This document shows, piece after piece, positions 15,806 to 25,455 of a stretch of 64,000 nucleotides of DNA (its first letter is position 1; the number at the start of each line of letters is the position of its first letter). The notes below the pieces were generated by a model. It searched no databases. It was not told where the DNA came from and worked only from the letters and a program-made list of their open reading frames with translations. The position numbers and the translations under genes are program-made. Origin of the DNA: a virus (Duplodnaviria; Caudoviricetes). Location of the stretch: the IMG/VR virus record IMGVR_UViG_3300016472_000447, positions 11,383 through 75,382 of that record; one strand, 5' to 3'.

Positions 15806-16316
15806 CATTTTCCTCCATTAGCAGTACTCTATTGTCTGCAGTGAAGGAAGATACTGTAGAAGGTTCATCCTTTACTTCTATTTTTTTAGGCTTTTTATGC
15901 TCGGGAATAATTTTCTCTAAGAAGACCTTAAGCATTCCGTTAACTAATTCCGCATTCTGCACTTCGATCTGATCGTTGAGTGCAAACATACGGGTAAATG
16001 CCCGGTTAGCGATACCTTTGAACAGATAGTCAGCAGAAGTTTCATTGTCATCGGTTGTAAAACCTTTAACGATAAGTTTGCCATCGTCCAGAGTAATATC
16101 TAGATTCGACTTAGAAAATCCTGCTACTGCGAGCTCTATGGTATAGGTATTTTCGCCGGTCTTCTTAATATTGTATGGGGGATAGTTTGGGATGTGCTTG
16201 GTAAGATCATCGTGTATCTTAGCCATGCGATTAAACTGATCATCATAACCAACGAAAAACTTATCAAAATCTTTAAATGCGTCGTAAACTGCAGGAAGTT
16301 GCTTAAGATATGTCAT
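15786..16316 (-). CDS. small heat-shock protein Hsp20 (IbpA-like)
   Basis: YPPYNI, IELAVAGF, YLFKGIANRAF, NGML; AAGGAG RBS supports ATG 16316 rather than 16361. Confidence 0.93.
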   Translation of the reverse strand: MTYLKQLPAVYDAFKDFDKFFVGYDDQFNRMAKIHDDLTKHIPNYPPYNIKKTGENTYTIELAVAGFSKSNLDITLDDGKLIVKGFTTDDNETSADYLFKGIANRAFTRMFALNDQIEVQNAELVNGMLKVFLEKIIPEHKKPKKIEVKDEPSTVSSFTADNRVLLMEENDVENDK

Positions 16317-16322
16317 GCTGTT

Positions 16323-16339
16323 CTCCTTAATTAAGCGAG
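16323..16339 (-). promoter_or_regulatory. ROSE-like RBS-sequestering hairpin (candidate RNA thermometer)
   Basis: CTC-G-CTT-AATT-AAGGAG: UCGCU motif with a bulged G pairs with the SD. Confidence 0.5.
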
Positions 16340-16454
16340 TTAAATTGAAAATGCTACCCAATTGGCATAGCGATGCTGCTTACGATTACAGCGATAGTCT
16401 AACGTTCTATCCGTTCTAGTTTTATCTAGCAGTACGTCCCATCTCGGGATATTA

Positions 16455-16889
16455 TTATTTATTAAAGTTAATGCCCTTTTTCTTGCCAATATTATACTTG
16501 GTTTCTAACTTCCAGTCATGTTTTTCTTTATGCGAGATAACTTTTATCTGCGATAAAGGAGCATAATCTTTAAAATGTTCTGAATTTAATACTGATACTA
16601 ATCCCCAATCTACCAACAGTTTAGCTATAGTATTCCTTCTTTGAAGATCATTATCTGTTAGATCAGCATTTTTACCATCCAATGCAAATAATTCTTTAAA
16701 GTGGACAATAAAATATCTTCCTTGTTTGTGTAAGATATGGCAAGATTGATAAAGAGTTTTATCTTTTCTAGACGCAACTCCTATACGAGTTAATGTTTCC
16801 CTAACCTTTAGGAAATCATCGGGTTCCAAAAGGTTAATTTCTAACGGTCTATATCCAGGAAAATCAATATGAATTAATTCATCAGTCAT
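16455..16889 (-). CDS. regA: RegA translational repressor
   Basis: DDFLKVRETLTRIGVAS...LYQSCHILHKQGRYFIVHFKELF. Confidence 0.95.
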   Translation of the reverse strand: MTDELIHIDFPGYRPLEINLLEPDDFLKVRETLTRIGVASRKDKTLYQSCHILHKQGRYFIVHFKELFALDGKNADLTDNDLQRRNTIAKLLVDWGLVSVLNSEHFKDYAPLSQIKVISHKEKHDWKLETKYNIGKKKGINFNK

Positions 16890-17323
16890 TTCTTGCCACC
16901 CTTTGTTATTCTTGTTCTAAGGTTTTCTATCATCGAGTCATCAAGAAGAGGCAAGATCTGCTTGGCTTTTTCTGTGCTATAGCCATAGTATTCTTTGACA
17001 ATCTCCAAATCATCGATTTTCTCAGCCTTGATCCATTTATTGAATCTTTTTTTAGGTCTAACTATATTTATAAGAAAATCAAATTGGAGGAGTTTGTCCA
17101 AATGAGGTCTTGAATTCATCTCATTCGCAGGAATGATAGTATCATGCCCGAAAGAAAGTCCTCGATTTACTATGAAAGGATCATACTGTTTCTCAGACCA
17201 TTCGTCAACTATCAACTTTTCTTTGGAATAATTAATGGAATTCAAAAAATCAAAGGGGGATATTTTAGGTAACTTGTAAGTTTCTTCCTCTTTTTTCTCC
17301 TGAGTTTCACTGAACAGAGACAT
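16886..17323 (-). CDS. 62: gp62 clamp loader small subunit (likely start 17323)
   Basis: SPFDFLNSIN, YDPFIVNRGLS, KEYYGYSTEKA; synteny. Confidence 0.9.
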   Translation of the reverse strand: MSLFSETQEKKEEETYKLPKISPFDFLNSINYSKEKLIVDEWSEKQYDPFIVNRGLSFGHDTIIPANEMNSRPHLDKLLQFDFLINIVRPKKRFNKWIKAEKIDDLEIVKEYYGYSTEKAKQILPLLDDSMIENLRTRITKGGKK

Positions 17324-17471
17324 CCAAATCTCCCATAATAATTTTAGCGTTGCTATACAAACCAAGTTTCATCTTTTCTTGTATAACTATTTCCGCTTCA
17401 AACGCATTGGAACATACCTCAGTTCTTATCAAAGTATTGCCTTTAAAGAAATGTACAGTTACCTTATTCAT
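17307..17471 (-). CDS. 54-aa hypothetical protein between genes 44 and 62 (not in ORF track)
   Basis: ATGA coupling to the gene 44 stop; MNKVTVHFFKGNTLIRTEVCS...VSVQ*. Confidence 0.6.
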   Translation of the reverse strand: MNKVTVHFFKGNTLIRTEVCSNAFEAEIVIQEKMKLGLYSNAKIIMGDLDVSVQ

Positions 17472-18403
17472 TTGATTTCAATAGTAGCCATAACTTCAGT
17501 CAAACATGCTACTAGATTAATCTCAGCATCTGCAACGAAAGCTGCCTTATATTGATAATCCGCCAATAGAAGTACTAACTGAGGGACTTGATCCACTTGA
17601 TCTATGAGATGATCATAGATTTTTCTAAAAAGTGTCTGAGGATCATTATCTAGATTGTTAACCACCCAAGTTCTCATCTTTTTCCAATCTTTAGTTTTCA
17701 AAGATTGAACGAGTTCTTGCATATTAACTTCACCAAGATTGACTAAGATGCCCTCGTCGATCTTACCCGATGAAGAATATTTCTGAACCTCGTTTAATAT
17801 GCGTCGATAGTCGGGGAAGTGTTTTTCGATAACCTTGGCTAGAACTTTTGGATCTGCTTCTACCTTTTCAGTTTCTAAGATATCAGATAAACGCTTGAAG
17901 AATTTTGCTGCGATCTTAGGTTTTTCTGCCTTGTCGATCTTAAATTCAATGACAGAGCACCTAGAATGTAGAGGGGGAATAATTCGATTTTTAAAGTTAC
18001 ACGTAAAGATGAATCTGCAATTCTGAGAAAATTCTTCAATGAAACCTCGAAGCGCTGGCTGGAAACTTTGCGGGTTCGTATAATCTGCCTCGTCTAGAAT
18101 CACAACCTTCGTCTTCCCCGTAAAGGATACGGTGGAGGCAAACTGACTGATCTTAGTTCTAAGGACATCGATACCATTTTCCAAAGATGCGTTAATGAAT
18201 AGGGAGTCCAATCCCATCTCATCACACAATGCTTTAGCAACAGTAGTCTTGCCGACACCGGCAGATCCGCAGAGAAGCATATTCTGCAGATCGCCTCGGT
18301 CGATCATTTCTTTAAAGATCTTCTTTTGTTTCTCGGGAAGAATGCAATCATCAATTTTCTTTGGGCGCCATTTCTCTACCCAAAGATATTCAGTGTTATC
18401 CAT
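17468..18403 (-). CDS. 44: gp44 clamp loader ATPase
   Basis: LWVEKWRP, GSAGVGKTT, ILDEAD, PLHSRC. Confidence 0.96.
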   Translation of the reverse strand: MDNTEYLWVEKWRPKKIDDCILPEKQKKIFKEMIDRGDLQNMLLCGSAGVGKTTVAKALCDEMGLDSLFINASLENGIDVLRTKISQFASTVSFTGKTKVVILDEADYTNPQSFQPALRGFIEEFSQNCRFIFTCNFKNRIIPPLHSRCSVIEFKIDKAEKPKIAAKFFKRLSDILETEKVEADPKVLAKVIEKHFPDYRRILNEVQKYSSSGKIDEGILVNLGEVNMQELVQSLKTKDWKKMRTWVVNNLDNDPQTLFRKIYDHLIDQVDQVPQLVLLLADYQYKAAFVADAEINLVACLTEVMATIEIK

Positions 18404-18420
18404 AATATAAAACTCCTAGA

Positions 18421-19077
18421 TTAAACTACAGAGTTAGGTTCCATTGCAATGAAATATTCTAGATCTTTAGTTTCATGCTTGAAATGAAATACTTTCTTTT
18501 TCGATACTGTGATAGTATAAGCATCAGGAACAATTTTAAAGTTCTCAACTGCCATGTGGCATTCAAAATCATTTTCGCTAGTACCAATAGTCTTCTTATA
18601 GGTATTAGCAGTATCATTTTTCTTATCACCTACTGTCAATGTAACAGTCTTATCTTTGCTCGATACTGAGATAGTAGGTGCGCCAGTAATTGCCGCAGCT
18701 TTAATGATCATATTAACTTGATCTGCAGTCAACTTAAACTGATAATGATTATCAATGTCGATGCTCTTATCGGGAGCGGCTACAATAACATTTGGGCTAG
18801 AATAAAAATACTCGAACTTGCCGTTATCCTTAGAGATAGTTAGGCTCTTTTCTCCGAATTCGATATTTTGATTCTCCATAAGAGTAAGGAGAGCCAAAAG
18901 AGAATTCAAATCATAAATGGCTACTTCTTCTGGGAAATCTTCAGCAACGGTTGCTTTTGCGAAGATGTTCTTTGCTGTACTGATAGTAGATAGTGTCTTA
19001 CCTTTTCGGATAAGGATATTACTATTAATAGTAGCAAAATTTTTCAATACTTGGATTGTTTCATTACTAATCTGCAT
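18421..19077 (-). CDS. 45: gp45 sliding clamp
   Basis: MQISNETIQVLKNFATINSNI...IYDLNSLL; synteny. Confidence 0.92.
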   Translation of the reverse strand: MQISNETIQVLKNFATINSNILIRKGKTLSTISTAKNIFAKATVAEDFPEEVAIYDLNSLLALLTLMENQNIEFGEKSLTISKDNGKFEYFYSSPNVIVAAPDKSIDIDNHYQFKLTADQVNMIIKAAAITGAPTISVSSKDKTVTLTVGDKKNDTANTYKKTIGTSENDFECHMAVENFKIVPDAYTITVSKKKVFHFKHETKDLEYFIAMEPNSVV

Positions 19078-19364
19078 TATTTAGACTCCTTGGTTTCAAG
19101 ATCATGCACATACAACATTATTAAAGCATAGTGTAACACCTTTAAAATATCTTGTCTATTCCTTCCAGCTTTCTTTCCATATCTTTGGGCGTATTTAATA
19201 ATATTCCCGCGGGTAAATCCAATCCCGTCTCCATTGTCTATAACGAATTCTGTTGTCTGAAACTTATTCTGAGAATAGTGTTGCCCATATGTAGTATCAA
19301 CATAACTTTTCAATTCTTTCAACAAATTTTCTTCATTATACTTATAATTTATTTTTTCCGCCAT
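19077..19364 (-). CDS. DUF3310 / T7 gp1.7-like nucleotide kinase-like protein
   Basis: HYS, GFTRGNIIKYAQRYGKK, DILKVLHY. Confidence 0.7.
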   Translation of the reverse strand: MAEKINYKYNEENLLKELKSYVDTTYGQHYSQNKFQTTEFVIDNGDGIGFTRGNIIKYAQRYGKKAGRNRQDILKVLHYALIMLYVHDLETKESK

Positions 19365-20083
19365 GGGTATTCTCCATTATATTTTTCTTCCATCATACGA
19401 TTCCCCCGTAAAAAGAATTCTGCTTGAACAGAATCTTTCCTGTTACCTACTCTATAATTCAAAGTATACATACCATTGGTATTATAATTAAATCCATATT
19501 GTAAAAGATAATGCATAATTAGGCGATCTATCTCGGGCTGATCGTCAGGGTGCCTTGCTCTTCTATACCATGCTGGTGATACTTGAATAGCTATCCTTGT
19601 AGGCAAAAAATAACATCCAACATCTACAAACTTATCTCCCAGAACACTTTCCCATTTTCCTAAGTTTTCGCAATCATCATTGCAGACATAATTACTATCA
19701 CTATTAACAATTTTACGCAATGAAAATGCCCAATCATTATTTTCACATACTTTAACTAAAGATTCTATATGTTCAGGTTCTAACCAGTTATCCTCATCTA
19801 GAAAACATATATAATCCGAATCTATTAGGTAGGAAAATGCCCCATAAATACGATGACCGTTATACCCTTCTGCCCCAGTATTATGAGGTAGAGTAATGAT
19901 AGTTTTATCTTCAAATCCCATTAGAGTTTCATTGGATTTTTTTAGATACTCGGGTCCATCTATGACAACTAAATGTTCTAAATTATCATAAGTTTGATTT
20001 GAAACTGAGGTTAAATTCTCATTCAAATATCTTGTGCCAGTTGTTGGCGTGATGATAGTTACTTTTTTACTCATAATCCACAA
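19349..20083 (-). CDS. GT2 (GT-A) glycosyltransferase
   Basis: VTIITPT, VVIDG, ICFLDEDNW (DxD). Confidence 0.85.
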   Translation of the reverse strand: MWIMSKKVTIITPTTGTRYLNENLTSVSNQTYDNLEHLVVIDGPEYLKKSNETLMGFEDKTIITLPHNTGAEGYNGHRIYGAFSYLIDSDYICFLDEDNWLEPEHIESLVKVCENNDWAFSLRKIVNSDSNYVCNDDCENLGKWESVLGDKFVDVGCYFLPTRIAIQVSPAWYRRARHPDDQPEIDRLIMHYLLQYGFNYNTNGMYTLNYRVGNRKDSVQAEFFLRGNRMMEEKYNGEYPWRKK

Positions 20084-20762
20084 CCTCGATCCCTTCAGGT
20101 ATTTTCACGGGTATGCCTCCATCTTCAACTTTCCTTGCGGCATGGAAATAAATTTTTCCTTTGGTCATCTTTTTAATAAAAAGCTGAAAAACTAAATTAT
20201 TTAAACCGCTGTTTATAACATGAACTTCTTTAGCATTACAGATGGCATCTACATAATCTAATACATCATCCGTATCCGATTTATCTACAGTATGCCTCGG
20301 TAGTTCGGTTTCTATTTTAAGATCAAAGATTTTATAACTGCTAACGTCATGTACAATTATATATTCTTCTCCAAGAGATTTCAATAATTTTTGATAGAAT
20401 AATTTAGAAGTTTCTAAGTTTTTAGGAAGAACAAAACCATAGTATTCTAACATAGGATCTAAATTATACTGCGTATAAAATGAATCTTCGAAGTTTTCAA
20501 AATCAACCTTATCAAACCCTACTCGATATAGTTCCATTTTATTATCCATACTATAACGAATAGAATCATTAAATTCCTCGTCTACCGGTAAAATTTTAAT
20601 CTTATCTGCAAAGTCCTCATAAAGATGAGATACCGTTTTAACATAATGCCTTTTGCAAACTAGATTGACCTCGTCGAAGGTATTTGCAAAAGCATGGACT
20701 AATCCATTGCAAATAAAATGATCTCCTAGACCCGTGTGATGGTGTAATACTATCTTTTTCAT
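20067..20762 (-). CDS. putative glycosyltransferase (GT-B / fucosyltransferase-like)
   Basis: HHHTGLGDHFICNG N-terminal GxGD motif; context in the glycan island. Confidence 0.5.
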   Translation of the reverse strand: MKKIVLHHHTGLGDHFICNGLVHAFANTFDEVNLVCKRHYVKTVSHLYEDFADKIKILPVDEEFNDSIRYSMDNKMELYRVGFDKVDFENFEDSFYTQYNLDPMLEYYGFVLPKNLETSKLFYQKLLKSLGEEYIIVHDVSSYKIFDLKIETELPRHTVDKSDTDDVLDYVDAICNAKEVHVINSGLNNLVFQLFIKKMTKGKIYFHAARKVEDGGIPVKIPEGIEVVDYE

Positions 20763-21391
20763 ATTGCTGGTTCGTATACTGGATTATTGTTCTCATCATA
20801 GGTCTGACCTATGAAATGCTTTCCTACAGATTGATAACTGTTTCTCATCCAAACTGTTTCTTTTAAACCATATACTGAAGATGACTGTTCATACATGGGC
20901 CACACTATTTGTCGTAAGTATATCTGATCTATGAGATAACTATGTGTAGTATTAAAAGAAGACATAGCATCCATGCATTCAGAAGATATGCCATCTCGCA
21001 TACCCCACATGCCTGCTAGTATAGGAAACTCATAGTGATTGGCATGATCCCGTATAGTACATAGTTTAGTTTTAGATAATAACCAATCGTCAACAATTTG
21101 TTTTTCTCTATAGGATAATCTCGAATCGGTATCTCTAGATAAAACAATAGTGCCTGGCACCATAGACCTAAATCTCCAAAATGCACCAAATGTACCATCT
21201 GTAACTTTAATCGTTGTCACATTGGTAAAGTTATTCAATGCTGTTACTACCAAGTTAGAAACAGAATCATCATAATAAAAATGACAGTCCCATTCCGGAA
21301 ATATCATTTTCGCTAACTGAGCATTGAGTATCGCACCGACAGTATACTTTGGATTATTGCCCCATAGGCTAAATGCTATTATCTTATTCAT
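20759..21391 (-). CDS. putative GT-A-like glycan-modifying protein
   Basis: IAFSLWG...FWRF...SRDTDSR (DxD)...ILAGMWG. Confidence 0.5.
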   Translation of the reverse strand: MNKIIAFSLWGNNPKYTVGAILNAQLAKMIFPEWDCHFYYDDSVSNLVVTALNNFTNVTTIKVTDGTFGAFWRFRSMVPGTIVLSRDTDSRLSYREKQIVDDWLLSKTKLCTIRDHANHYEFPILAGMWGMRDGISSECMDAMSSFNTTHSYLIDQIYLRQIVWPMYEQSSSVYGLKETVWMRNSYQSVGKHFIGQTYDENNNPVYEPAI

Positions 21392-22134
21392 CTGTAGTAT
21401 TTAACTAATTTAGTTCTATCGCCCTTAATATAAGCGAAGGCTTCTTTCATTTCTGCACTTAAAGAATTATAAAGTTGCCACATCTCAGTTTCTGCTTGAA
21501 TGGTATTATAGTTTGTTCCTTTGGGATGCGATATCGTATGCCCATAATCTCTTAATACCGGTTTCTGATTGATATAGCAAATCGCGGATAAAACTATATC
21601 CCAGCACCATCCCATTTTATACGGAGAAAAATCTAAACCAGATTCTTCAAACTTGGTAATAACATCTTTATGGATGAACCAACAAGTGCAGTCTGGATTA
21701 GCAACAACTTTCAACTTATCCAAATCTATATTTAGATTAATAACGTCGCTTCTAGAAGAATCATACCAGGTATAATCGACATTCGGGGCATATATACCCC
21801 ATTCAGTTCTTTCATAGTATTTTAATGCATCATCATATAGTTGTTTCCAATTATCATATGATGCATCTGCTTGTATATGAAACAATATATCTGCATCGAA
21901 TAATTCAATAGCCGTTAAGAATTGTGCAGTGAAATAACTTTCTTCACCTATATTATACCAACCATCTTCTCTATGGTTATCATCACTATTGATTATTACA
22001 GGTTCGACCCCTATCTCTTTTAACTGTATTATCTTTTGTTTAGTTTTTTCAAACTGTCCTCGCCAATTAAAAATAAAGGTCTGTATCTTCACTCTCGTGC
22101 CTCGATTTTGTTGTATACTATAGCATCGAACCAA
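21388..22134 (-). CDS. putative glycosyltransferase-like protein
   Basis: FHIQADA, YAPNVDY, GWCWD motifs; context; true start likely downstream of 22134. Confidence 0.45.
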   Translation of the reverse strand: MVRCYSIQQNRGTRVKIQTFIFNWRGQFEKTKQKIIQLKEIGVEPVIINSDDNHREDGWYNIGEESYFTAQFLTAIELFDADILFHIQADASYDNWKQLYDDALKYYERTEWGIYAPNVDYTWYDSSRSDVINLNIDLDKLKVVANPDCTCWFIHKDVITKFEESGLDFSPYKMGWCWDIVLSAICYINQKPVLRDYGHTISHPKGTNYNTIQAETEMWQLYNSLSAEMKEAFAYIKGDRTKLVKYYR

Positions 22135-22964
22135 TTAAGAAGATTATTTAATAACATATAATCCTTAGGCAATCCGTTTAGAAGCGGGGGATGTTCCAAG
22201 TATTCATTATACTTGTTCTCATCAGAATCAACTTCCATAACATACTCAGTTAACTTATCTAGATCATCAAAGTCTTGAGCATTGATAAATGCTCTACTAT
22301 TGAAGTCAGAAGTAACCAATGGATTGCCCCAGTAAATAGGTACAGTGCCTGCGTAGAAAGCATGCAAGATTTTTTCTGTGGTATAACCGGGGTAACTATA
22401 AGGTTCAAAACAAATATTAAATTTTCTCGTTGTGAGAAAATCTATTTTCGCTTTTTCTCCCTCAAGTTTAATATCCATATTATTAAATACTTTTCCGGGA
22501 CTATCCACTCGTTTGTAAGAATTAAGCTTATTGAAGAATTCATTACGTTCTTGACAATTTGGATTACCCACAACAAAAGAACAAAAATCTGTCTTTTCTT
22601 TTATTTTGCGATCCCCCAAGATATAATAATAGTTATATCCTGTTTGATGTATCTGATCTAATGCCCACATATAGACCACGAATAGAGGTAATCTATAGTG
22701 CCACGAATTGAAATTGTGATCAAAAGAAATAGCATAATGGCAGTCATAATCTTCCGGTCTTTGATTTTCCCCGGTATAAAAGATTTTAACCACATCCTTT
22801 TTAGAAAACTTTTTATTATTTTCTCCAAAGTTTCTATCACCAAAGATTAGATAGTCGGGATTTTCATTATCAACCTCAACGTCAAACCTATTAGCTAAAA
22901 GGCTATGAAAGAATCTAGCTAAATGTTCATGGGTATCAGTAAAACCTAATTTCAATTTTCTCAT
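22089..22964 (-). CDS. GT10 alpha-1,3-fucosyltransferase-like protein
   Basis: FYTGENQRP, CSFVVGN, RKFNICFEP-SYPGYTTEKILHAF-AGTVPIYWG. Confidence 0.88.
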   Translation of the reverse strand: MRKLKLGFTDTHEHLARFFHSLLANRFDVEVDNENPDYLIFGDRNFGENNKKFSKKDVVKIFYTGENQRPEDYDCHYAISFDHNFNSWHYRLPLFVVYMWALDQIHQTGYNYYYILGDRKIKEKTDFCSFVVGNPNCQERNEFFNKLNSYKRVDSPGKVFNNMDIKLEGEKAKIDFLTTRKFNICFEPYSYPGYTTEKILHAFYAGTVPIYWGNPLVTSDFNSRAFINAQDFDDLDKLTEYVMEVDSDENKYNEYLEHPPLLNGLPKDYMLLNNLLNWFDAIVYNKIEARE

Positions 22965-23938
22965 ACTGAGTTTACCGCCGTTTCCAATGCGCGGGTTATG
23001 TCTAAAACATCTTGTCCGGATAATTGATGCATAGAACCACCTACACCGGTAATGGGAACTATCTTATAATCGCATTTCAATTCTAATCCGTTAGACATAG
23101 TTTCAGTCGGGGCCTTACCTATACCCCAGCTAACATTAAACGATACGAATTTTTTTCGCTGATCCATATAGTTATTTTTAGTTTCGCAGAATACAAAGGG
23201 TCCAGAATTCTTACCAACAATGATATCGCAGTTTTCACTCAGATAAGAAATTTCTAATAGATCACAATTATTGAATTCTCTATCTTCCCAAGGAGCTCTT
23301 TTTTCCTGTATATCAGTATCCATGATAATATCATCAGTAAAGAAGATATTTTCTGTAGTTGTAGTAAATTTGTCTGTACAAATGAAACAGAAATTCGGAT
23401 ACTTGCTAGCAAGATCCTCAACAAAATCTTGCATATTAGAATTAAAAGATTGTCCGGATTTGGGCACACCATTACACAAAAGCATACGCTTTCTATCTTT
23501 TGTGAACTCTAAAAATTCATCTACACTTTTAACATTAAATCTAGAAAAATCTATAGTAGGCAAATAGAATTCTTTTTCGTCGTATAACTTTAAACTTGTC
23601 TGAAAATATGAATTAATCATCTCGAAGATTTTTTGCCACTGATGCCAGAGAGAATTCATATTAATTCCGCCGTGTTCGCAGAATATATCCCAATGACAAC
23701 CGATCCAAGTATTCACATACAATACACCTTCATCTTGATAGAAAGGAGTCTTTGCATCAAGATGAGAGGGGTCTCCCACTTTAGGAATATCGAGATCTCT
23801 AGTTAATTTAGAATGATTAAAGTGCAAATATTCAAATTTAAAATCTTTAACCTCTCTCATAATCTGTCTAACAAATTCTTTATGAGTATGAAGATCACCT
23901 CGATGATAATGATTAAAAAATACGATCTTATTAGGCAT
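22961..23938 (-). CDS. hypothetical protein, possibly GT-B
   Basis: FFNHYHRGDLH; IIVGKNSGP; island context. Confidence 0.5.
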   Translation of the reverse strand: MPNKIVFFNHYHRGDLHTHKEFVRQIMREVKDFKFEYLHFNHSKLTRDLDIPKVGDPSHLDAKTPFYQDEGVLYVNTWIGCHWDIFCEHGGINMNSLWHQWQKIFEMINSYFQTSLKLYDEKEFYLPTIDFSRFNVKSVDEFLEFTKDRKRMLLCNGVPKSGQSFNSNMQDFVEDLASKYPNFCFICTDKFTTTTENIFFTDDIIMDTDIQEKRAPWEDREFNNCDLLEISYLSENCDIIVGKNSGPFVFCETKNNYMDQRKKFVSFNVSWGIGKAPTETMSNGLELKCDYKIVPITGVGGSMHQLSGQDVLDITRALETAVNSV

Positions 23939-24281
23939 TGTCTATTCCCTTATATAGTTTCACCGAATCTTCTCTCAAAGATTTGTTATTCGCAATAGCA
24001 TCATCTACTAAAAGATTAACTGCTTGAACGAACCTTGGTCTTTTTACTTTAAAACAGATATCGCATTTCTTTTTAAGTTCTGCGATCTCTTCATCTGTTT
24101 TTGCTTCTTGTATAGCATCTTCTAACATCCACATCCTAATATGGATAATAGCAAGCTTTTCTACAATCTCACCAAGATTATCTGTTGTAATATATTCTGT
24201 GTCAGGCATCTCACCTTTAGATAAGACGCGTTCTACAGTTTCTTTAATGACTTTATCAAACGTTTCGCCGATGCTCGACAT
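23931..24281 (-). CDS. helical hypothetical protein (DUF4254-like)
   Basis: DNLGEIVEKLAIIHIRMWMLEDAI. Confidence 0.5.
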   Translation of the reverse strand: MSSIGETFDKVIKETVERVLSKGEMPDTEYITTDNLGEIVEKLAIIHIRMWMLEDAIQEAKTDEEIAELKKKCDICFKVKRPRFVQAVNLLVDDAIANNKSLREDSVKLYKGIDNA

Positions 24282-25455
24282 ATATTTCCTCCACCACTTG
24301 TTCTAAAAAATTCATATCATTATCAGTAATAAAATGATTATTACCTATATAAACACCTTGATCATGTACGAGATCAACAGTATAGGGAGCCTTACCTTCT
24401 AAAGAATATTTTTTTAAGAAAGGTTGGCGCAAAAGATTTCCGCTAACTACTGGCCGATATTCTATACCATTTTTAGCAAAAGTCTCTTTCATCTTTATCA
24501 TAATCTCTGGACTTTTGCAGATAAAGGGAAAACAGAAACTACTGTTAGTATCATCATATTCAATATTATAAAATAAGTCTTTATACTTTGCTATAATCTC
24601 AGTAAACTTTTTATAATTTCTTTTCCTAATAGCAATCATACTATCTAATCTCTTTAACTGAGAAGAACCTAGTACAGCACATATCTCATGATTTCTAAAA
24701 TTATATCCAGTAGTCATAAAAAGGAACTGTTTATCTATATGAGGATTTTGTTCGGCATGCATATTAAATATTACAGATTCTCTCGCAAATCCATGGCTAC
24801 GTTTCATTTTCATGATATCATAAAGTTCTACATTGTCTGTAGAAATCATCCCACCCTCAATCGTAGACATATGATGCCCAAAGTAAAAACTAAAGGTTGC
24901 ACCAATTGATCTAGATCCCCTTTTAATTCCTGCAGGGCTAGTGCATCCATGAGATTCACATATATCATCTATAACAATTGCCGAGGGAAACAAACGCATA
25001 AGTTTTTCGTTATCTCCGGAAAATCCCAATAGATGAGTAACGAATATCATCTTAATGTCATGCTCTTTAGAAATCTGCTCGGCTTTATCTAAATCAAAAC
25101 TAAAGTTTTGCATATTGATATCGCAAAATACTGGGGTCAATCCGCACTGGATGATCGGAGCGATATTAGTTACCCAGGTGCACGCAGGAACAAGTACTTT
25201 ATCTCCATCTTTTAAAGAATAATACTCTTTTACTGCATCTACAAGTAATAGATTTGCTGTACTACCTGAAGAAACATATAACGAGTATTTAGAACCTAAC
25301 CATTGATTCCATTCAGATTCAAATTTCTTTACCTTCTCCCCGTTCGTAAATTTCTTGGTCGTAAGTGTAAAGTAAGCCATCTTTAGACGATCCATAAAAG
25401 TGATCGTTTCTCCCATCAAGGGCCATCTTAGTTTGTTTTGTTTTTGAGATACCAT
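24256..25455 (-). CDS. colD: ColD-like PLP-dependent GDP-4-keto-6-deoxymannose 3-dehydratase (DegT family)
   Basis: VSSGSTAN, DDICESHG, TFSFYFGHHMSTIEGG with His in place of the Schiff-base Lys, GYNFR. Confidence 0.75.
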   Translation of the reverse strand: MVSQKQNKLRWPLMGETITFMDRLKMAYFTLTTKKFTNGEKVKKFESEWNQWLGSKYSLYVSSGSTANLLLVDAVKEYYSLKDGDKVLVPACTWVTNIAPIIQCGLTPVFCDINMQNFSFDLDKAEQISKEHDIKMIFVTHLLGFSGDNEKLMRLFPSAIVIDDICESHGCTSPAGIKRGSRSIGATFSFYFGHHMSTIEGGMISTDNVELYDIMKMKRSHGFARESVIFNMHAEQNPHIDKQFLFMTTGYNFRNHEICAVLGSSQLKRLDSMIAIRKRNYKKFTEIIAKYKDLFYNIEYDDTNSSFCFPFICKSPEIMIKMKETFAKNGIEYRPVVSGNLLRQPFLKKYSLEGKAPYTVDLVHDQGVYIGNNHFITDNDMNFLEQVVEEIYVEHRRNV

